DNA from: Phyllobates terribilis
Lineage: Eukaryota
DNA length: 64,000 bases
Assembly (NCBI RefSeq): GCF_046119375.1
Contig: NW_027362771.1
Location: forward strand, 389,608,001 to 389,672,000
Direction: 5' to 3'
The notes below the pieces were generated by a model. The model was not told where the DNA came from. It ran no database searches and saw only the letters and a list, made by a program, of their open reading frames with translations. Made by a program: the position numbers and the translations under genes. The number at the start of each line of letters is the position of its first letter. Position 1 is the first letter of the stretch. Shown piece after piece: positions 61,888-64,000 of this stretch.

Positions 61888-62500
61888 TAAGTGGTTAAAA
61901 AATGCAAATGTTTCTAAAAAAAAATAAATAAATGTGGCTTCTGTCGTCATTTTCAAAAACCAATATTAATTTTACTTTTAAGTCGATGGAGCTTTGTGAG
62001 GGTATGCTTTTTATGTAAGAAGTTAACTTTTTATTGATCCCATTTTAGGGTAGATATGACACATTGATTGCTTCTTATTTCTTTGGAAAAGAGTGGTGTT
62101 TGGAAAAAAATGCAATTCTGGTATTTTGATTCTTTTTCTTTTTATTGTGTTTATTTTATGGTTTAATTAACTTTATATTTTAATAGACTGGACTTTTGCA
62201 AACTCAGTAATTCCAGATATGTTTATTATTTATTTTTAACATTTATTTTTTTTAATGGAACAAAAGGGAAGTGATTCAAATTTTTACCTTTATTTCTATT
62301 TTTAAAAGCATTTTTCTACTTTTATTTTTAGTCTCCTCAGAGGACATGAACAATTGTATTAACAATATACAGCAATTCCTCAGTATTGCAGTATATGGTG
62401 AAAATGTTAGTTTCTGTTAAAACTCAGTGAATGGGTAAGCTTCATCAGAGAACCAAAATGGCACCAATAGTTTTCCACTACTGTAACCTCTTTATATTAT

Positions 62501-64000
62501 TAGTGATGAGCGAGAACTAAAGTGCTTGAGTTCTCGTTGCTCGGGTCGAACAAATTGGAATGCTCGAGTGCTCGGTCTGAGTAATGGGCCCAATGTAAGT
62601 CTATGGGAAACTCGAGCATTTGTCCGGCGGCCTCCCCCGGTGGTCTGCAGAGGTCCTAAAAATTGCCCTAATCGATGGGAATAGTGTTCAAATGACATGG
62701 GAACAGCATGGGGAAGACCCCTGGATGCATCTCTGACTCCCAGGTCACTGCTGTCAACAATGTTGTCAGAGGTATTACGTCACTTTTAGCGGACTCACCA
62801 TAAAACATACAAAAACGAAATCAAAATGGATTTTCCTGGGAAAAATGTTAAGGCAAAATAAATATACAAAAATAAAAATGCTCCTCCACACCTTGGGCTA
62901 TGTTCACACGTAGCGTTTTTGATGCGTTTTTGCACTTTTGCATTGCTTTCAGCGGTGAAAAATACATTCACCGGTAAATGTCAATTTAACATTTTACTAC
63001 CTTATCTTGCCATGTGGTGTGTGAGACATGGTCAGACACTTCCTGTTTCATTTATAACGGAGGGACTCTGAAAGTCACAAACACTATTTTTATAGGGCCA
63101 TCAGGCGGCCCTTACTTTTCTTAAAGGGCCAGCAGTCGGCTATGCTTTGTTGTTCCCATTATTAAAGAGTGGGTCTACTATACCGTTATTGCGTATGCAG
63201 TGACTTCAGGGGCTGCCAAAAATTTGGTCGCACCCCACTACACCTTTTAAGAGACATAGAGGAGGGCCTCAGTAAAAAAAAATGTTCCCATTATAAAGGA
63301 GTGGGTCTCCTATAGTGGTAATGCCCATGCTGTGACTGCAAGGGCTGCCAAAATTTGGGAAAAACTCCAATAACAATTTAAAGATGCATAGAGGAGGGCC
63401 TCAGTAACGACATGTTCCCATTAGAAAGGAGTGGGTCTGCTATATAGTTATAGGGTATGCAGTGAGTCAAACGGATGCCACATGTCCAGCTTGGATACCC
63501 AATAATTATAAGACACAGAGGAATCACGGAGGACATTGGTACGGTCGGCAAGGTACTCCCTCAGCATCTTCCAAAACTTTTCCCTCCTTGTGACAGTACC
63601 CCGCACCTCAGGGCCTGTGCGATGGGAGGGTCTGAGAAAACTTTCAAAGAACTTTGACAGTGTTCCTCTGCCTCTGCTGGATTGCATTTGTGTCTCTCTC
63701 GCCTGTACTCCTTGGTTGTCCAACGAACTGTGACCTCTGCCGCCAGGGTTTTCAGATGGGAATTTTTTTAATAATTCCGCAACAAGGGCATTCTGGTACT
63801 GCCCCATTTTATTAGGCCTGTACGGCAAGGGGATAAGAGACGGAAAGTTCTGCTTGTAGCATGGGTCTACAAGTGTCACCAACCAGTAATGACTGTCACC
63901 CTAAATTTGGACAACAGGAGGGTCACGGGAAAGGCAGAGTATCATAAGCTCAGCAATGTGTACCTGACTGCAAAGAGGCAAGACTTCCATATCCTCACCA
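62501..64000 (-). mobile_element. hAT element terminus running out of the window
   Basis: TAGTGATGAGCGAG terminus with CTCGAG subterminal repeats. Homologous in reverse complement to 1-2570. Confidence 0.8.
63474..64000 (-). pseudogene. hAT (ZBED-like) transposase fragment
   Basis: LMILCLSRDPPVVQI*..WLVTLVDPCYK (cf. the LDPRYK motif)..MLREYLAD..NYWVSKLDMWH. Homology stops before the dimerisation motif. Confidence 0.85.

Overview
Vertebrate, almost certainly anuran (frog), non-genic or intronic DNA made almost entirely of nested transposable elements. The taxon is inferred from the repeat repertoire. No host protein-coding gene is recognisable. Contents: four Tc1 (DD34E) transposon copies plus one older relic; several hAT-family elements and MITEs with 8-bp TSDs; TTAA-flanked piggyBac-like and Kolobok/T2-like non-autonomous elements; Tc2/Kanga-like and Harbinger-like MITEs; a 5'-truncated CR1 LINE; a near-intact 5'-truncated L1 with TSD; a full-length but decayed Gmr1-like Gypsy element (SCAN-type gag, PR-IN-RT-RH order); a solo LTR; Penelope-like fragments with hammerhead-ribozyme-like motifs; and a truncated Ngaro-type DIRS element (RT end, RNase H, tyrosine recombinase, SGNH hydrolase). 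The most unusual features are: (1) a ~10 kb composite hAT element (50.7-60.6 kb) carrying a ~270-bp 18S rRNA fragment and a 111-bp satellite built from its own internal module; (2) a 4.2-kb near-perfect palindrome inside a three-level Tc1>hAT>hAT nest; (3) a ~650-bp telomere-like array inside a piggyBac-like MITE; (4) several degenerate hammerhead ribozymes. Coordinates were counted by hand. Element ends defined by TSD/TIR should be close to exact; ends of decayed relics are approximate.
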